Below are positions 47,360 to 56,757 of a stretch of 64,000 bases of DNA, piece by piece. Position 1 is the first letter of the stretch. Every line of letters starts with the position of its first letter. This DNA comes from Bacillota bacterium (GTDB taxonomy: Bacteria > Bacillota_I > Bacilli_A > RF39 > UBA660). Where the stretch lies: positions 25,951 through 89,950 of the forward strand of contig SVAK01000001.1 in assembly GCA_015059445.1 (NCBI GenBank), written 5' to 3'. The notes beneath the pieces are model-generated. The model was not told where the DNA came from. It saw only the letters and a program-made list of their open reading frames with translations, and did not search any database. The translations under genes and the position numbers were made by a program.

Positions 47360-49582
47360 GTGAAATTTAAAGTAGAACCAAAAGATTTTTTCTTATTTAT
47401 AGTGTATTGTATAATACTCCTATACTTATGTGCGCTAGCTGTATCCAACTTTTTTTGCTTAATAAATACAGGGACATTTTATGGATTGTTGCCTATTAGT
47501 GCCTTCACTTGGCAATATTTACCTATTACATTGGCTTTATTTATTGGAGCATTAATTTTAATTTTTACAAGTGTATCATCTTATATATTTGATAAACAAA
47601 AAGGTAAAGGTATTGGTTTAAAAATTAGTGGAGAAAAAGCTAGTGACGGTTATTCTAGATGGTCTAAAGATAAAGAAATAAAAACATCTAGTAATGTTGA
47701 AAAAATAAATCCCCGCGAAAAAGAATTAGAAGCGGCAGGAATACCACTTATTAACAATGGAAAAGAAATTTGGGTGGATAATGGTAGTTATCATAACTTA
47801 GTAATTGGGTCCACTGGTAGTGGTAAATCTGAAAGCTTAGTTTTTCCAATGGTAAATATCTTAGCTAAAAAGGGAGAAAGTATGATTATTACTGACCCTA
47901 AGGGTGAAATTTATCGTAAGACAGCAAAAAACTTAGAAGATAGAGGTTATAAAGTAATAATTTTGAACTTCAGAGAACCAAATAGAGGTAACGCTTGGAA
48001 TCCCCTAGCATTACCTTATCAATATTACAAAGAAGGAAATTGTGATAAATCGACAGAATTATTAGATGACGTAGCATTAAATATTTTATATGACCCTAGT
48101 AGCAAAGGTGATTCTGACTTCTGGGAAAAGGGGGCAGCAGACTATTTCTCTGGTCTAACACTAGGTTTATTTCAAGATGCCACTGAAAAAGAAGTTAATT
48201 TAAATAGTATTAACTATATGAGTACTGTTGGAGAAGAGCGTTATGCTACAAGTAACTTTATAAAAGAATATTTTAATTTAAAGGGACCAGATTCAAATGC
48301 CTATATGTTTGCGAGTACAACAATTAATGCTCCCAATGATACAAAAGGTGGTTTACTTTCAACATTTAGACAAAAGATAAGAGCATTCTCAACAAGAGAA
48401 AGTTTATCTGAAATGCTTTCTCATAGTGATTTCGATATGCGTGATATCGGAAAAGGTAAGACAGCGGTATTTATGATTATCCATGACGAAAAGAAAACAT
48501 ACCATAGTTTAATGACTATCTTCATTAAACAATGTTATGAAACTTTAATTGATGTGGCTCAACAAAATGGTGGGAAATTACAATATCGTACTAATTTTAT
48601 TTTAGATGAGTTTGCTAATATGCCACCATTAAAAGATGTTGATAGTATGGTATCAGCAGCACGTTCTCGTGATATTAGATTTACATTTATTATTCAAAAC
48701 TTTGCTCAACTTAATGATGTATATGGTGAAGAAGTTGCGCAAGTTATAAAGGGTAACTGTGGTAATTTAATTTATTTAATTAGTACAGAATTAAAAGCTT
48801 TAGAAGAAATTAGCAAAATGTGTGGAGAAGTTAAATCTAAGGAAAAAGATAAAACTGCCTCAACACCACTAGTAACTGTAAGTGATTTACAAAAATTAAA
48901 ATTAGGAGAAGCTATAATTATTCGTCTTCGTATGAATCCATTCAAAACAAAATATGCTCCTAACTTTAAAGTTGACTGGGGTGAAGATTATCCAGAAGCA
49001 AGTTACCCAGAAAGAAAGACAGAAGATATAGAATTATTTGATTTAAAGAAATATGTTACTGAAGAGAAACGAAAAAAAATGATGAATAATTCTGATGGAA
49101 TGCCTGGAATGGGAATGCCGAAAGATACATTTAATCCTTTGTCAATGCATAATAATCCATCACCATTTAATTCCATTGGACCAAGTCCAATGAATAATCC
49201 GATGAATAACCCTATGATGAATCCGATGGCTAATCCAATGAATAGTCCAATGGGTCAGATGAATCCAATGAACCCTTTTTCTGGAGGGGAACTTCAAGGA
49301 ATGGATATTGATGCAATGATGAAAGATATTGATCAAAAGTTAAAAGAGCTTGATGAAGAAGAAAAAAGACAAAAAGAAAAATTAAAAGAACAAAATAGAC
49401 AACTAATGGAAGAAGCAACAAAAAAAGAAGAGGAATTTGCAAAGGGATTTGTTAAAGAACAAGACGAAGTTAAACCAGTTGATAAGCCAAAAATCAATAT
49501 TGATGTTGATAGTGTTATTGTTAATGAAAATGTAATTACTGATGACGAATTTTTTGATGACTTTTTTGGAGAAGATGAATAG
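47360..49582 (+). CDS. Type IV coupling protein (VirD4/TraG family) with a C-terminal PMNNP-repeat tail and acidic coiled coil
   Basis: Two N-terminal TM helices. Walker A VIGSTGSGKSE, the TDPKGE motif, Walker B-like FILDEFANMPP and RSRDIRFTFIIQNFAQL. The tail is NPMNNPMNNPMMNPMANPMNSPMGQMNPMNPF, then EEEKRQKEKLKEQ. Confidence 0.8.
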   Translation: MKFKVEPKDFFLFIVYCIILLYLCALAVSNFFCLINTGTFYGLLPISAFTWQYLPITLALFIGALILIFTSVSSYIFDKQKGKGIGLKISGEKASDGYSRWSKDKEIKTSSNVEKINPREKELEAAGIPLINNGKEIWVDNGSYHNLVIGSTGSGKSESLVFPMVNILAKKGESMIITDPKGEIYRKTAKNLEDRGYKVIILNFREPNRGNAWNPLALPYQYYKEGNCDKSTELLDDVALNILYDPSSKGDSDFWEKGAADYFSGLTLGLFQDATEKEVNLNSINYMSTVGEERYATSNFIKEYFNLKGPDSNAYMFASTTINAPNDTKGGLLSTFRQKIRAFSTRESLSEMLSHSDFDMRDIGKGKTAVFMIIHDEKKTYHSLMTIFIKQCYETLIDVAQQNGGKLQYRTNFILDEFANMPPLKDVDSMVSAARSRDIRFTFIIQNFAQLNDVYGEEVAQVIKGNCGNLIYLISTELKALEEISKMCGEVKSKEKDKTASTPLVTVSDLQKLKLGEAIIIRLRMNPFKTKYAPNFKVDWGEDYPEASYPERKTEDIELFDLKKYVTEEKRKKMMNNSDGMPGMGMPKDTFNPLSMHNNPSPFNSIGPSPMNNPMNNPMMNPMANPMNSPMGQMNPMNPFSGGELQGMDIDAMMKDIDQKLKELDEEEKRQKEKLKEQNRQLMEEATKKEEEFAKGFVKEQDEVKPVDKPKINIDVDSVIVNENVITDDEFFDDFFGEDE

Positions 49583-49624
49583 GTAAATTCATTTTCTCTT
49601 TTTTTATTTTTTTCATAAATTATA

Positions 49625-49894
49625 ATGGTGATATTGGTGAAAACGATAAAGGAAAGCGAATATAGGCCAGAAATGGGAACTTTAATTGATGTTAAAGACC
49701 CTATTAGTTATGGAGAAAAGCATAATCCCCATAGTATAAATATTTATTATGATAAATTGTTGATGAATCATAAGATTCTTTTAAATAAGTATAAAAAGTA
49801 TTTTATAATTTGTGATAAAGGACGAAAAAGTAAACAGGCAGTTAGAATATTAGAGTTTTACGGCTATGATGTAACATTTGTTATAAATTCGTGA
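49625..49894 (+). CDS. Single-domain rhodanese-like protein
   Basis: Putative active-site loop CDKGRKS (Cx2GxR) near the C-terminus. 89 aa. Confidence 0.55.
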   Translation: MVILVKTIKESEYRPEMGTLIDVKDPISYGEKHNPHSINIYYDKLLMNHKILLNKYKKYFIICDKGRKSKQAVRILEFYGYDVTFVINS

Positions 49895-49935
49895 TTTTTC
49901 CACATACTTATATTATAATAAGTATGTGATTTGTT

Positions 49936-50520
49936 ATGGGAAGTTTTCTAAATGAAATTTATAATTATATAATTACATTAATAAATAGTTCAGTAATATT
50001 TGGACCATTATTAGCATGCTTATTAATATTTTTAGAATCAATACTTCCTATTCTACCACTTTTTGTGTTTATTACTATTGTATTTGTTGCATATGGTCAT
50101 ATCTTTGGTTTTATTATTTCTTATATTTTAACTTGCTTAGGCTGTATTTTTGCATTTTATTTGTGTCGTAAATTTTTAAAAAATTTTTTTGAAAAAAAAA
50201 TCAGAAAAATAGATAATTTAGATAATTTAATGAAAAAACTTGATAAAATTAAATTATCAAGTTTAGTTATTTTAATAGCTATTCCATTTACACCAGCATT
50301 CGCTATAAATATTGCTGCTTCTTTATCAAAAATACAATTTAAAAAATTTTTATTTGCAATTATTATAGGGAAAATTTCTTTGGTAACTTTTTGGGGATAT
50401 ATTGGGACTAGTTTGTTAGAAAGCTTGAGAAATCCTAAAATACTTTTGGTAATAATTAGTATGCTATTGATTGCCTTTATTTTAAGTAAAATAGTTACTA
50501 AAAAATTAGAAATAGAGTAA
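49936..50520 (+). CDS. TVP38/TMEM64 (DedA-related) family membrane protein
   Basis: About 194 aa, polytopic. The N-terminal re-entrant-like segment and overall pattern fit YdjX-like proteins. Confidence 0.45.
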   Translation: MGSFLNEIYNYIITLINSSVIFGPLLACLLIFLESILPILPLFVFITIVFVAYGHIFGFIISYILTCLGCIFAFYLCRKFLKNFFEKKIRKIDNLDNLMKKLDKIKLSSLVILIAIPFTPAFAINIAASLSKIQFKKFLFAIIIGKISLVTFWGYIGTSLLESLRNPKILLVIISMLLIAFILSKIVTKKLEIE

Positions 50521-50603
50521 ATATCTTGTCAACAAAAATTAAGTAATTTGACATTGAATTATTTAAATAGTATATTAATAATAGAAACTAGTGGGTGATA
50601 TAC

Positions 50604-51728
50604 ATGAGTATAGAAAAGTTAACTGAAGAAAATCATCTTGCACCATGGGAAGATAGTATCAACGAAAATAGAGAAATTTATGATTTGGCATTAGAAATCC
50701 AAAATGCTTATAAATTAAATCTAGACATAAATGAGATAAAAAGTGTAATTAGATATTTAATTGAGGAATTGGGTAAAACTATTGAGGAAATCAGAGCAGG
50801 AAAAGCAAAAGAGGAATTAGAATACATGCTCAAAGTAAGAATTGCCAAAAATGAATCTATTAACGAATTTAATTCAAGATATATTGGTAAATATGAAAAA
50901 CAACAGGATATTCCTGAAATCGAAGGGGAACCAGTTAAAACGCCATTGGATATTCATAGAAAGTCTTTATCAAAAACTGCTTTAGCAATTATTTTAGTTG
51001 TAGCTATATCTGTGTCGAATGCAGCTATGATTATTGATGGAGTAATTAATAAATTACAAAAAAACAAAGAATTATTAGATGATTTTTCGTCTAATCTAGG
51101 AATTATTGCCTCTGCTCAGATGGAAAATAGCTCCGAAAAAAGTATATTAGAGCAATGTAAATATATTAGAGGTTATAATAAAGGGGTTCCTATTTTAGCA
51201 ACAGATATAGATGCTATAGCAGATAAAATAAAAATAGTAGCTTTAACAAATCCTCAATTATTTGATGTTTGTTTGGCAGATATATATTTTGAGATGGATC
51301 ATAGTCGTTTGAATTATATGGATAAAATTTTAAATTTATTAAAAACAAGTTTCAAAGATGAACCAGTATTAGCAGAATTATATGATGATATAAAAGATTG
51401 TGATGTTTTTTTGGATTATTTAATCAAAAAAGGTTTTATTAGTCCTAATCATAATAAATATGCAGAAATAATTGATGCTGTAACAGCATATCGAAATAAA
51501 AGAATGAAGTATGTATCTGATACTTTAGTATTTGAATCACTTACTGATAACCAACAAAAAGTTATTAAAAATTATTTAATTAAAGAATATAAAAAATTTA
51601 AAACAAAAAGAATTAAAGAACTAAGTGAATTAGTATTTATGGTTGCAACTGACGTTGAAGATAAAAATGTTGAAGATAAAAATATAGAAGAAGGTGAAGT
51701 AGTTGGCGGTAGACCAAGTGGAAGTTAA
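50604..51728 (+). CDS. Hypothetical protein with one central TM helix
   Basis: ATG at 50604 follows GGGTGAT. TM ALAIILVVAISVSNAAMIIDGVI. Confidence 0.4.
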   Translation: MSIEKLTEENHLAPWEDSINENREIYDLALEIQNAYKLNLDINEIKSVIRYLIEELGKTIEEIRAGKAKEELEYMLKVRIAKNESINEFNSRYIGKYEKQQDIPEIEGEPVKTPLDIHRKSLSKTALAIILVVAISVSNAAMIIDGVINKLQKNKELLDDFSSNLGIIASAQMENSSEKSILEQCKYIRGYNKGVPILATDIDAIADKIKIVALTNPQLFDVCLADIYFEMDHSRLNYMDKILNLLKTSFKDEPVLAELYDDIKDCDVFLDYLIKKGFISPNHNKYAEIIDAVTAYRNKRMKYVSDTLVFESLTDNQQKVIKNYLIKEYKKFKTKRIKELSELVFMVATDVEDKNVEDKNIEEGEVVGGRPSGS

Positions 51729-51969
51729 TTGTGTAACTCTTGAAAATGGTAGAGAATATATTATTGTTGATGCAATAATCAATGATAATGGCAAATACTT
51801 AGTTTTGGCAAGCGAAACAAATCAATTTGATCACTGTGTTCGTAAAGTTATCGTGGAAGAGGGAAAAGAATATATAACAAAATTAGATACTGAAGAAGAA
51901 TTTGATGAGGTTATGAAAGATTTTTATTTTAGACATAATAAGGAAAGGGAAGATAAAAATGAAGAATAA
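51703..51969 (+). CDS. Small acidic protein, DUF1292-like
   Basis: About 88 aa. VTLENGREYIIVDAIINDNGKYLVL resembles the DUF1292 pattern. Start uncertain: the TTG at 51703 overlaps the upstream gene. Confidence 0.35.
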   Translation: MAVDQVEVNCVTLENGREYIIVDAIINDNGKYLVLASETNQFDHCVRKVIVEEGKEYITKLDTEEEFDEVMKDFYFRHNKEREDKNEE

Positions 51970-52417
51970 AAGTGTGTTATTAGGAATTTTAATAATTGTA
52001 GTAGTTATATTTGCAACAGGTTGTATGTTTAGTTCTTTAAAACCACAAGATTTTAAAGAACATTTTGGAGCTTTAGGCTATATAGTAAGTGATACAGAAG
52101 AACCTAAATATGATACAGGAACTAGTTATTTAGTGGCAACCAAGGAAGATGTTCCATTTAAGATAGAGTATTATGAATTTGATGAAGAAGTAGAAGCTAA
52201 GAAAATTTATAAAAAATATGAGACTAATTTAAAAGATTATTTAACAACTAGTTCAAAGAATAATGCAACAACCGGAGCTTTATTTTCTAGATTAGTAGCT
52301 GTATCAGACAATGAGTATATAGTTATTTCCAGAGTAAAAAACACTTTAATATTTGTAGCTGGAACAAATGACTACTCTAAAGAAATAAATAAATTATTAG
52401 AAGAAATAAATTATTAA
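51959..52417 (+). CDS. Lipoprotein (152 aa)
   Basis: Signal peptide ending in the lipobox ATGC (LGILIIVVVIFATGC). Confidence 0.5.
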   Translation: MKNKSVLLGILIIVVVIFATGCMFSSLKPQDFKEHFGALGYIVSDTEEPKYDTGTSYLVATKEDVPFKIEYYEFDEEVEAKKIYKKYETNLKDYLTTSSKNNATTGALFSRLVAVSDNEYIVISRVKNTLIFVAGTNDYSKEINKLLEEINY

Positions 52418-52450
52418 GAAAAGAGATTTTCGTGATTGAAAATCTCTTTT

Positions 52451-52777
52451 CTAATTATTTAAACTACTAAATTCATTAGCTAAAGTTTTTAATTCTGAAT
52501 CAATTTTAGTTTTTGTAGCACTTTCTAAAGAATACCATCCAAATTTAAACATTAATTCATAAGTTTGTCTTTGATATTCACTTATAGAGTCAAATGTTTT
52601 TTTATATTTATTATATAAATTTTCATTTGAACTTTCTGTTAGGACAATTGCCATATCTTTTTCCATACATTTTAATGTTGATAAAAGTAGAGTTAGATAA
52701 TCTTTATCATTTAAAGCAATACCAGTAGGTACTTCTTTTTTTTGATTACTTATTTTATTATTCATTATTACCACCAT
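52451..52777 (-). CDS. Coat F (CotF-like) domain protein
   Basis: Small helical protein with the D-x-D-x-L pattern (LNDKDYLTLLLSTLKCMEKDMAIV). The start MVVIMNNK is shared with its tandem paralogue. Confidence 0.4.
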   Translation of the reverse strand: MVVIMNNKISNQKKEVPTGIALNDKDYLTLLLSTLKCMEKDMAIVLTESSNENLYNKYKKTFDSISEYQRQTYELMFKFGWYSLESATKTKIDSELKTLANEFSSLNN

Positions 52778-52997
52778 TTTCTAGTATATTTAATACATCA
52801 TTCATATTCTCATAAAATAAATTACTACATTCCTTTAATAATTTACTAATTTCTTTATTTTCTACAAACTGCATCGAATCATTCAATAGTTTATAAGCAC
52901 TATAATTCCATCCAAATATATCTTTTAAATAACTTAAATCTTTTCCAGTTAGAATATTGGGAGCCTTTTTATATTCTCTATTCATTATCATCACCAT
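52758..52997 (-). CDS. Coat F (CotF-like) domain protein, tandem paralogue
   Basis: MVMIMNREYK start. GKDLSYLKDIFGWNYSAYKLLNDSMQFVENKE. It overlaps the downstream paralogue by 20 nt. Confidence 0.4.
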   Translation of the reverse strand: MVMIMNREYKKAPNILTGKDLSYLKDIFGWNYSAYKLLNDSMQFVENKEISKLLKECSNLFYENMNDVLNILENGGNNE

Positions 52998-53069
52998 CCA
53001 TTTTTATTATCTACTTATTTTAATATTATATACTTGGTAAAGAATGGAATTATTTGCTATAATAGCAAT

Positions 53070-53720
53070 ATGAAGTTAGAAGAGTTAAATAAGGAATATG
53101 ATAAATTACAATTAGAATATGGAGCTAAAGAATTGGATTCTATTTATAGTGGAGGATGCATTAATAATCCCGATATTTGTTTTGTTTTTATGAATCCTAC
53201 TGGAAGAAATATTGCTTCCTTAAAATCTTGGAATGGCCCAAAGTCTCCATGGATTGGAACAAAAAATATTTGGACATTGTTTCATGAGTTGGAATTAATA
53301 GATGATAATATTTTTTGGGAAATTAGAAGCAAGTCTGGAAAAGAGTGGACTCCAGAATTTGCTAACACGGTTTATGATAATGTCAAAAAACATAAATTCT
53401 TTATAACTAATTTAGGTAAATGTACGCAAATTGATGCTAGGGCTTTAAATGATGAAGTTTTTTATAAATATTTAGATTTACTCAGAAAAGAAATTGAAAT
53501 AGTTAATCCCAAAGTAATTATTTTATTTGGTAATCAAGTAAGCTCTATATTTTTACAAGAAAAGATATCCGTATCTCAAGTTAGAAAAAAAGAATTTAAT
53601 AAAAAAATTAATGGTAAGAATTATAGATGCTTTTCTGTTTATTATCCCGTAGGTAATGGTTTTTTTAACGTTGATAAAGCAATCGAAGATATAAAATATA
53701 TTATAAATAATATAAATTAG
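53070..53720 (+). CDS. Uracil-DNA glycosylase superfamily protein (putative)
   Basis: A -10 TATAAT at 53056-53061 lies inside the track's 53034 ORF, so I prefer ATG 53070. FVFMNPTGRN sits at the position of the family-4/5 UDG motif A and YYPVGNG at motif B. The resemblance is weak. Confidence 0.35.
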   Translation: MKLEELNKEYDKLQLEYGAKELDSIYSGGCINNPDICFVFMNPTGRNIASLKSWNGPKSPWIGTKNIWTLFHELELIDDNIFWEIRSKSGKEWTPEFANTVYDNVKKHKFFITNLGKCTQIDARALNDEVFYKYLDLLRKEIEIVNPKVIILFGNQVSSIFLQEKISVSQVRKKEFNKKINGKNYRCFSVYYPVGNGFFNVDKAIEDIKYIINNIN

Positions 53721-53748
53721 ATTGGGCATACTACAATTGTGAAGCAGT

Positions 53749-54264
53749 ATGAAAGAAATAATAAAAAAAGAAGATTTAATTATAAAATTGGGATTATTGT
53801 TTTATTTTTGTAGTATTTTAGGATATATTTATGAATTAATACTATGTTATTTTTATAGTGGTAAAATCTTTAGTCATGGGATTTTATCTGGACCTTGGTT
53901 ACCAATCTATGGGACTGGATCAGTACTTATTATGTTATTTTATAAATATCGAAAAAATCCTTTTTTGATTTTTGTTTTATCTTTTTTTGTTACAGGAACT
54001 CTAGAATACATATGTGGAGTAGTCTTATTAAAATTTTTTAAAATGCGTCTTTGGGATTATACAGGTCATTTTTTAAATATTGGTGGACGTGTTTGCTTGC
54101 TTAGTGCTTTTTGTTTTGGCATAGGAGGACTTTTAATAACTTATTTAATTTATCCATTTATCAAAAAAATGTATAATAAAGTTAATAAAAAAGTTTTAAA
54201 AGCTGTTATAGGTATTATTAGTGGTTTGTTTTTAACAGATATAATTGCATCAATCTTAAAATAA
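53749..54264 (+). CDS. Small polytopic membrane protein (possibly CmpB/DUF1113-like)
   Basis: About 171 aa with four to five TM helices. Contains a YELILCYFY segment and a GPWLPIYG motif. Confidence 0.3.
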   Translation: MKEIIKKEDLIIKLGLLFYFCSILGYIYELILCYFYSGKIFSHGILSGPWLPIYGTGSVLIMLFYKYRKNPFLIFVLSFFVTGTLEYICGVVLLKFFKMRLWDYTGHFLNIGGRVCLLSAFCFGIGGLLITYLIYPFIKKMYNKVNKKVLKAVIGIISGLFLTDIIASILK

Positions 54265-54301
54265 TTATATAATATATTAGATTTAAGAAAAGAGTGTAAT
54301 T

Positions 54302-54994
54302 ATGGATTTTGCAGGTCTTGTTGTTTTAATAACTGGAGCGAGTAGAGGCATTGGAGCATGTTTAGCAAATATTATGCATGAATATGGTGCAACAGTTATC
54401 GGGGTATATAATAATACCAAAATAAAAAATGTATTATTTGATACTTATCAATGTGATTTATGTAATGAAGAAGATATAAAAAAGTTAATCAAATATGTTA
54501 AAGATAAACATGAGAAAATAGATGTAGTAGTAAATTGTGCCGCTTTAAGCTTAGATGATGATATGTATGATAAGTCCAAAGAAGATTTTATGAAAGTTTT
54601 AGAAGTTAATTTAGTTGGAATTTTTCTTATGTGTAAATATGCTTCTTTAGAAATGGAAAGAGGAGTAATAATAAATATCTCTTCAACTAATGCGCAAGAC
54701 ACTTATAATCCAATTAGCATGGATTATGATGCTTCAAAAGCCGGAGTAGAGAATTTAACTAAAAATTTAGCTATGAGACTACCTAATTTAAAAATATGTG
54801 CTTTGGCACCGAATTGGGTTGCAACAGAATCCGTTTTAAATATGGAAAGAAATTATTTAGAAAATGAACTAAAAAGAATAGGGCAAGATAAATTATTAAA
54901 AAAAGAAGAAGTAGCTCTTAAAATAATTGAGATAATTATTAATGATGATATAAGAAGTGGTGAAATAATTAGAATAGGTGGTTTTGATGCATAG
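54302..54994 (+). CDS. SDR-family oxidoreductase
   Basis: ITGASRGIG, NCAA and YDASKAG (YxxxK). Confidence 0.8.
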   Translation: MDFAGLVVLITGASRGIGACLANIMHEYGATVIGVYNNTKIKNVLFDTYQCDLCNEEDIKKLIKYVKDKHEKIDVVVNCAALSLDDDMYDKSKEDFMKVLEVNLVGIFLMCKYASLEMERGVIINISSTNAQDTYNPISMDYDASKAGVENLTKNLAMRLPNLKICALAPNWVATESVLNMERNYLENELKRIGQDKLLKKEEVALKIIEIIINDDIRSGEIIRIGGFDA

Positions 54995-56243
54995 ATATTT
55001 AAATATTTTTAATATAAATTTAAAAGTAGTAGATTTAGTTAGTAAATCCGAAAGAGAGTTAAAAGATATATTTAGTAATATAGATCAAAATGTCTTTTTA
55101 AATAGTTTAAAAGTAATAAGTGCTTTTAAAGAAGAAGGATTATCAGAAAGTGATTTTGCATCTACTACAGGATATGGATATAACGATGTAGGAAGAGATA
55201 AAATAGAAAGAATTTTTGCGAAAGTTTTAGGGGCAGAAGATGCTCTAGTTAGAAATCAATTTATATCAGGCACTCATGCTTTAACTGTAGCGTTATTTGC
55301 TCTTTTACGTCCAAATGATACCTTGCTTAGTATTTCAGGACTTCCATATGATACTTTACATGAGATTATCGGTATTAGAGAAAATCCTAGTTCTTTAAAA
55401 TCTTATAATATTAATTATGAACAAATTGATTTGGTAAATGATGATTTTGATTACCATAAAATATTAGAAACTTTAAAAAATAAAAAGATTAAATTAATTG
55501 AAATTCAAAGAAGTAAAGGATACTCAACTCGAAAAAGTATTTCAATAGATAAGATTGAAAAAGTAATTAAAGCAATTCGAGAAGTAGATCAGAATGTAAT
55601 TATTATGATAGATAATTGTTATTGTGAATTTGTAGAAAACATCTCACCTTTAGAGGTTGGGGCTGATATTATAGTCGGTTCTTTAATTAAAAACTTAGGT
55701 GGTGGAATTGCTTCGAATGGGGCATATATTGCCGGTCGAAAGAATTTGGTGGAACTTGCTGCCGAAAGATTAACGGCTCCGGGTGAAGGAAAAGAAGTAG
55801 GTCCATCTCTTGGGGCTAATCGTGAATTTTTGCTTGGATTATATCATGCTCCAAGTGTTGTGGGCAGTAGTTTAAAAACAGCAGTTTTAACTAGCAAAGT
55901 TTTAGAAGAGTTAGGTTATAATGTTGAACCTAAATATAATGACGATAGAGCAGATATAGTTCAAAACATTATTTTTGGAAATAGTGAAGATTTAATTAAA
56001 TATTGTGAAGGTATCCAATCGGCTTCAGCAATCGATGCTTTTGCTCTGCCAGAACCAACAGACATGCCAGGATACGACGACAAGATAATAATGGCATCTG
56101 GTTCATTTACCCAAGGCTCATCAATTGAAATATCTTGTGATGGTCCAATAAGAGATCCATTTATAGCATATCAACAAGGTGGATTGACTTACGAATATGG
56201 CAAAATAGCATTAATGGCTGCTGTAAGTAAATTAATTAAATAA
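54987..56243 (+). CDS. PLP-dependent Cys/Met-metabolism family protein (aluminium-resistance/YnbB-like)
   Basis: ATG 54987 follows AGGTGG and overlaps the upstream stop (ATGCATAG). About 419 aa. The N-terminal region and length are typical of the YnbB family. Confidence 0.6.
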   Translation: MHRYLNIFNINLKVVDLVSKSERELKDIFSNIDQNVFLNSLKVISAFKEEGLSESDFASTTGYGYNDVGRDKIERIFAKVLGAEDALVRNQFISGTHALTVALFALLRPNDTLLSISGLPYDTLHEIIGIRENPSSLKSYNINYEQIDLVNDDFDYHKILETLKNKKIKLIEIQRSKGYSTRKSISIDKIEKVIKAIREVDQNVIIMIDNCYCEFVENISPLEVGADIIVGSLIKNLGGGIASNGAYIAGRKNLVELAAERLTAPGEGKEVGPSLGANREFLLGLYHAPSVVGSSLKTAVLTSKVLEELGYNVEPKYNDDRADIVQNIIFGNSEDLIKYCEGIQSASAIDAFALPEPTDMPGYDDKIIMASGSFTQGSSIEISCDGPIRDPFIAYQQGGLTYEYGKIALMAAVSKLIK

Positions 56244-56439
56244 AAATGTATAAAATATAATATAAAATTGGCGTACATAAGAAATATTTGTTTTAAGAAT
56301 GTGGACACACTATGATAAATTATAAAAAAGGATTGTCACTTATAAATTAAGGTTGACAATTCTTTTTTTCATTTCAGTAAAGTCCTAAACTCTTTTTAAG
56401 ATAAGTATTTCAAAATTTACAACTTTTTCTTGCTTAATA

Positions 56440-56468
56440 AATTAAATTATGCTATATTACTAGTGAAC
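56440..56468 (+). promoter_or_regulatory. Extended -10 promoter TTGCTT-17-TGcTATATT upstream of secE
   Basis: -35 at 56440-56445, TG at 56460-56461 and -10 at 56463-56468. Confidence 0.5.
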
Positions 56469-56508
56469 ACGGAAGTGTTTTTTAATTGCAAAAAATTAGG
56501 AGGTTAAA

Positions 56509-56757
56509 ATGGCGAAGGAAAAAGATATTAAGAAAAAAGATGTAAAAAAAGTAAATTCTAAAAAGAATGTGAAAAATAATAAACCTAAAGAAAAATTTAC
56601 TGAAGGTATCAAGAAAGAATTAAAATTAGTTAAATGGCCAACAGTTAAAGAAATTTTAAAATATACATTGGCAACAGTTATATTTTGTATTATTTTAGTA
56701 GCATTTTTTGAAGTGTTGAATTTAGTAATGGCTTTTATAAAGGGGATGTTTAATTAA
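56509..56757 (+). CDS. secE: Preprotein translocase subunit SecE
   Basis: 82 aa. Lys-rich N-terminus and a single C-terminal TM. Sits immediately upstream of nusG. RBS AGGAGG. Confidence 0.8.
   Translation: MAKEKDIKKKDVKKVNSKKNVKNNKPKEKFTEGIKKELKLVKWPTVKEILKYTLATVIFCIILVAFFEVLNLVMAFIKGMFN

Noticed and set aside
24634-49582. Considered calling the cluster an integrative conjugative element or mobile element
   Set aside because: No integrase, recombinase, relaxase, transposase, tRNA-adjacent att repeat or obvious direct-repeat boundaries could be found in the window. It is therefore reported as a chromosomal secretion/pilus cluster and not as a mobile element.
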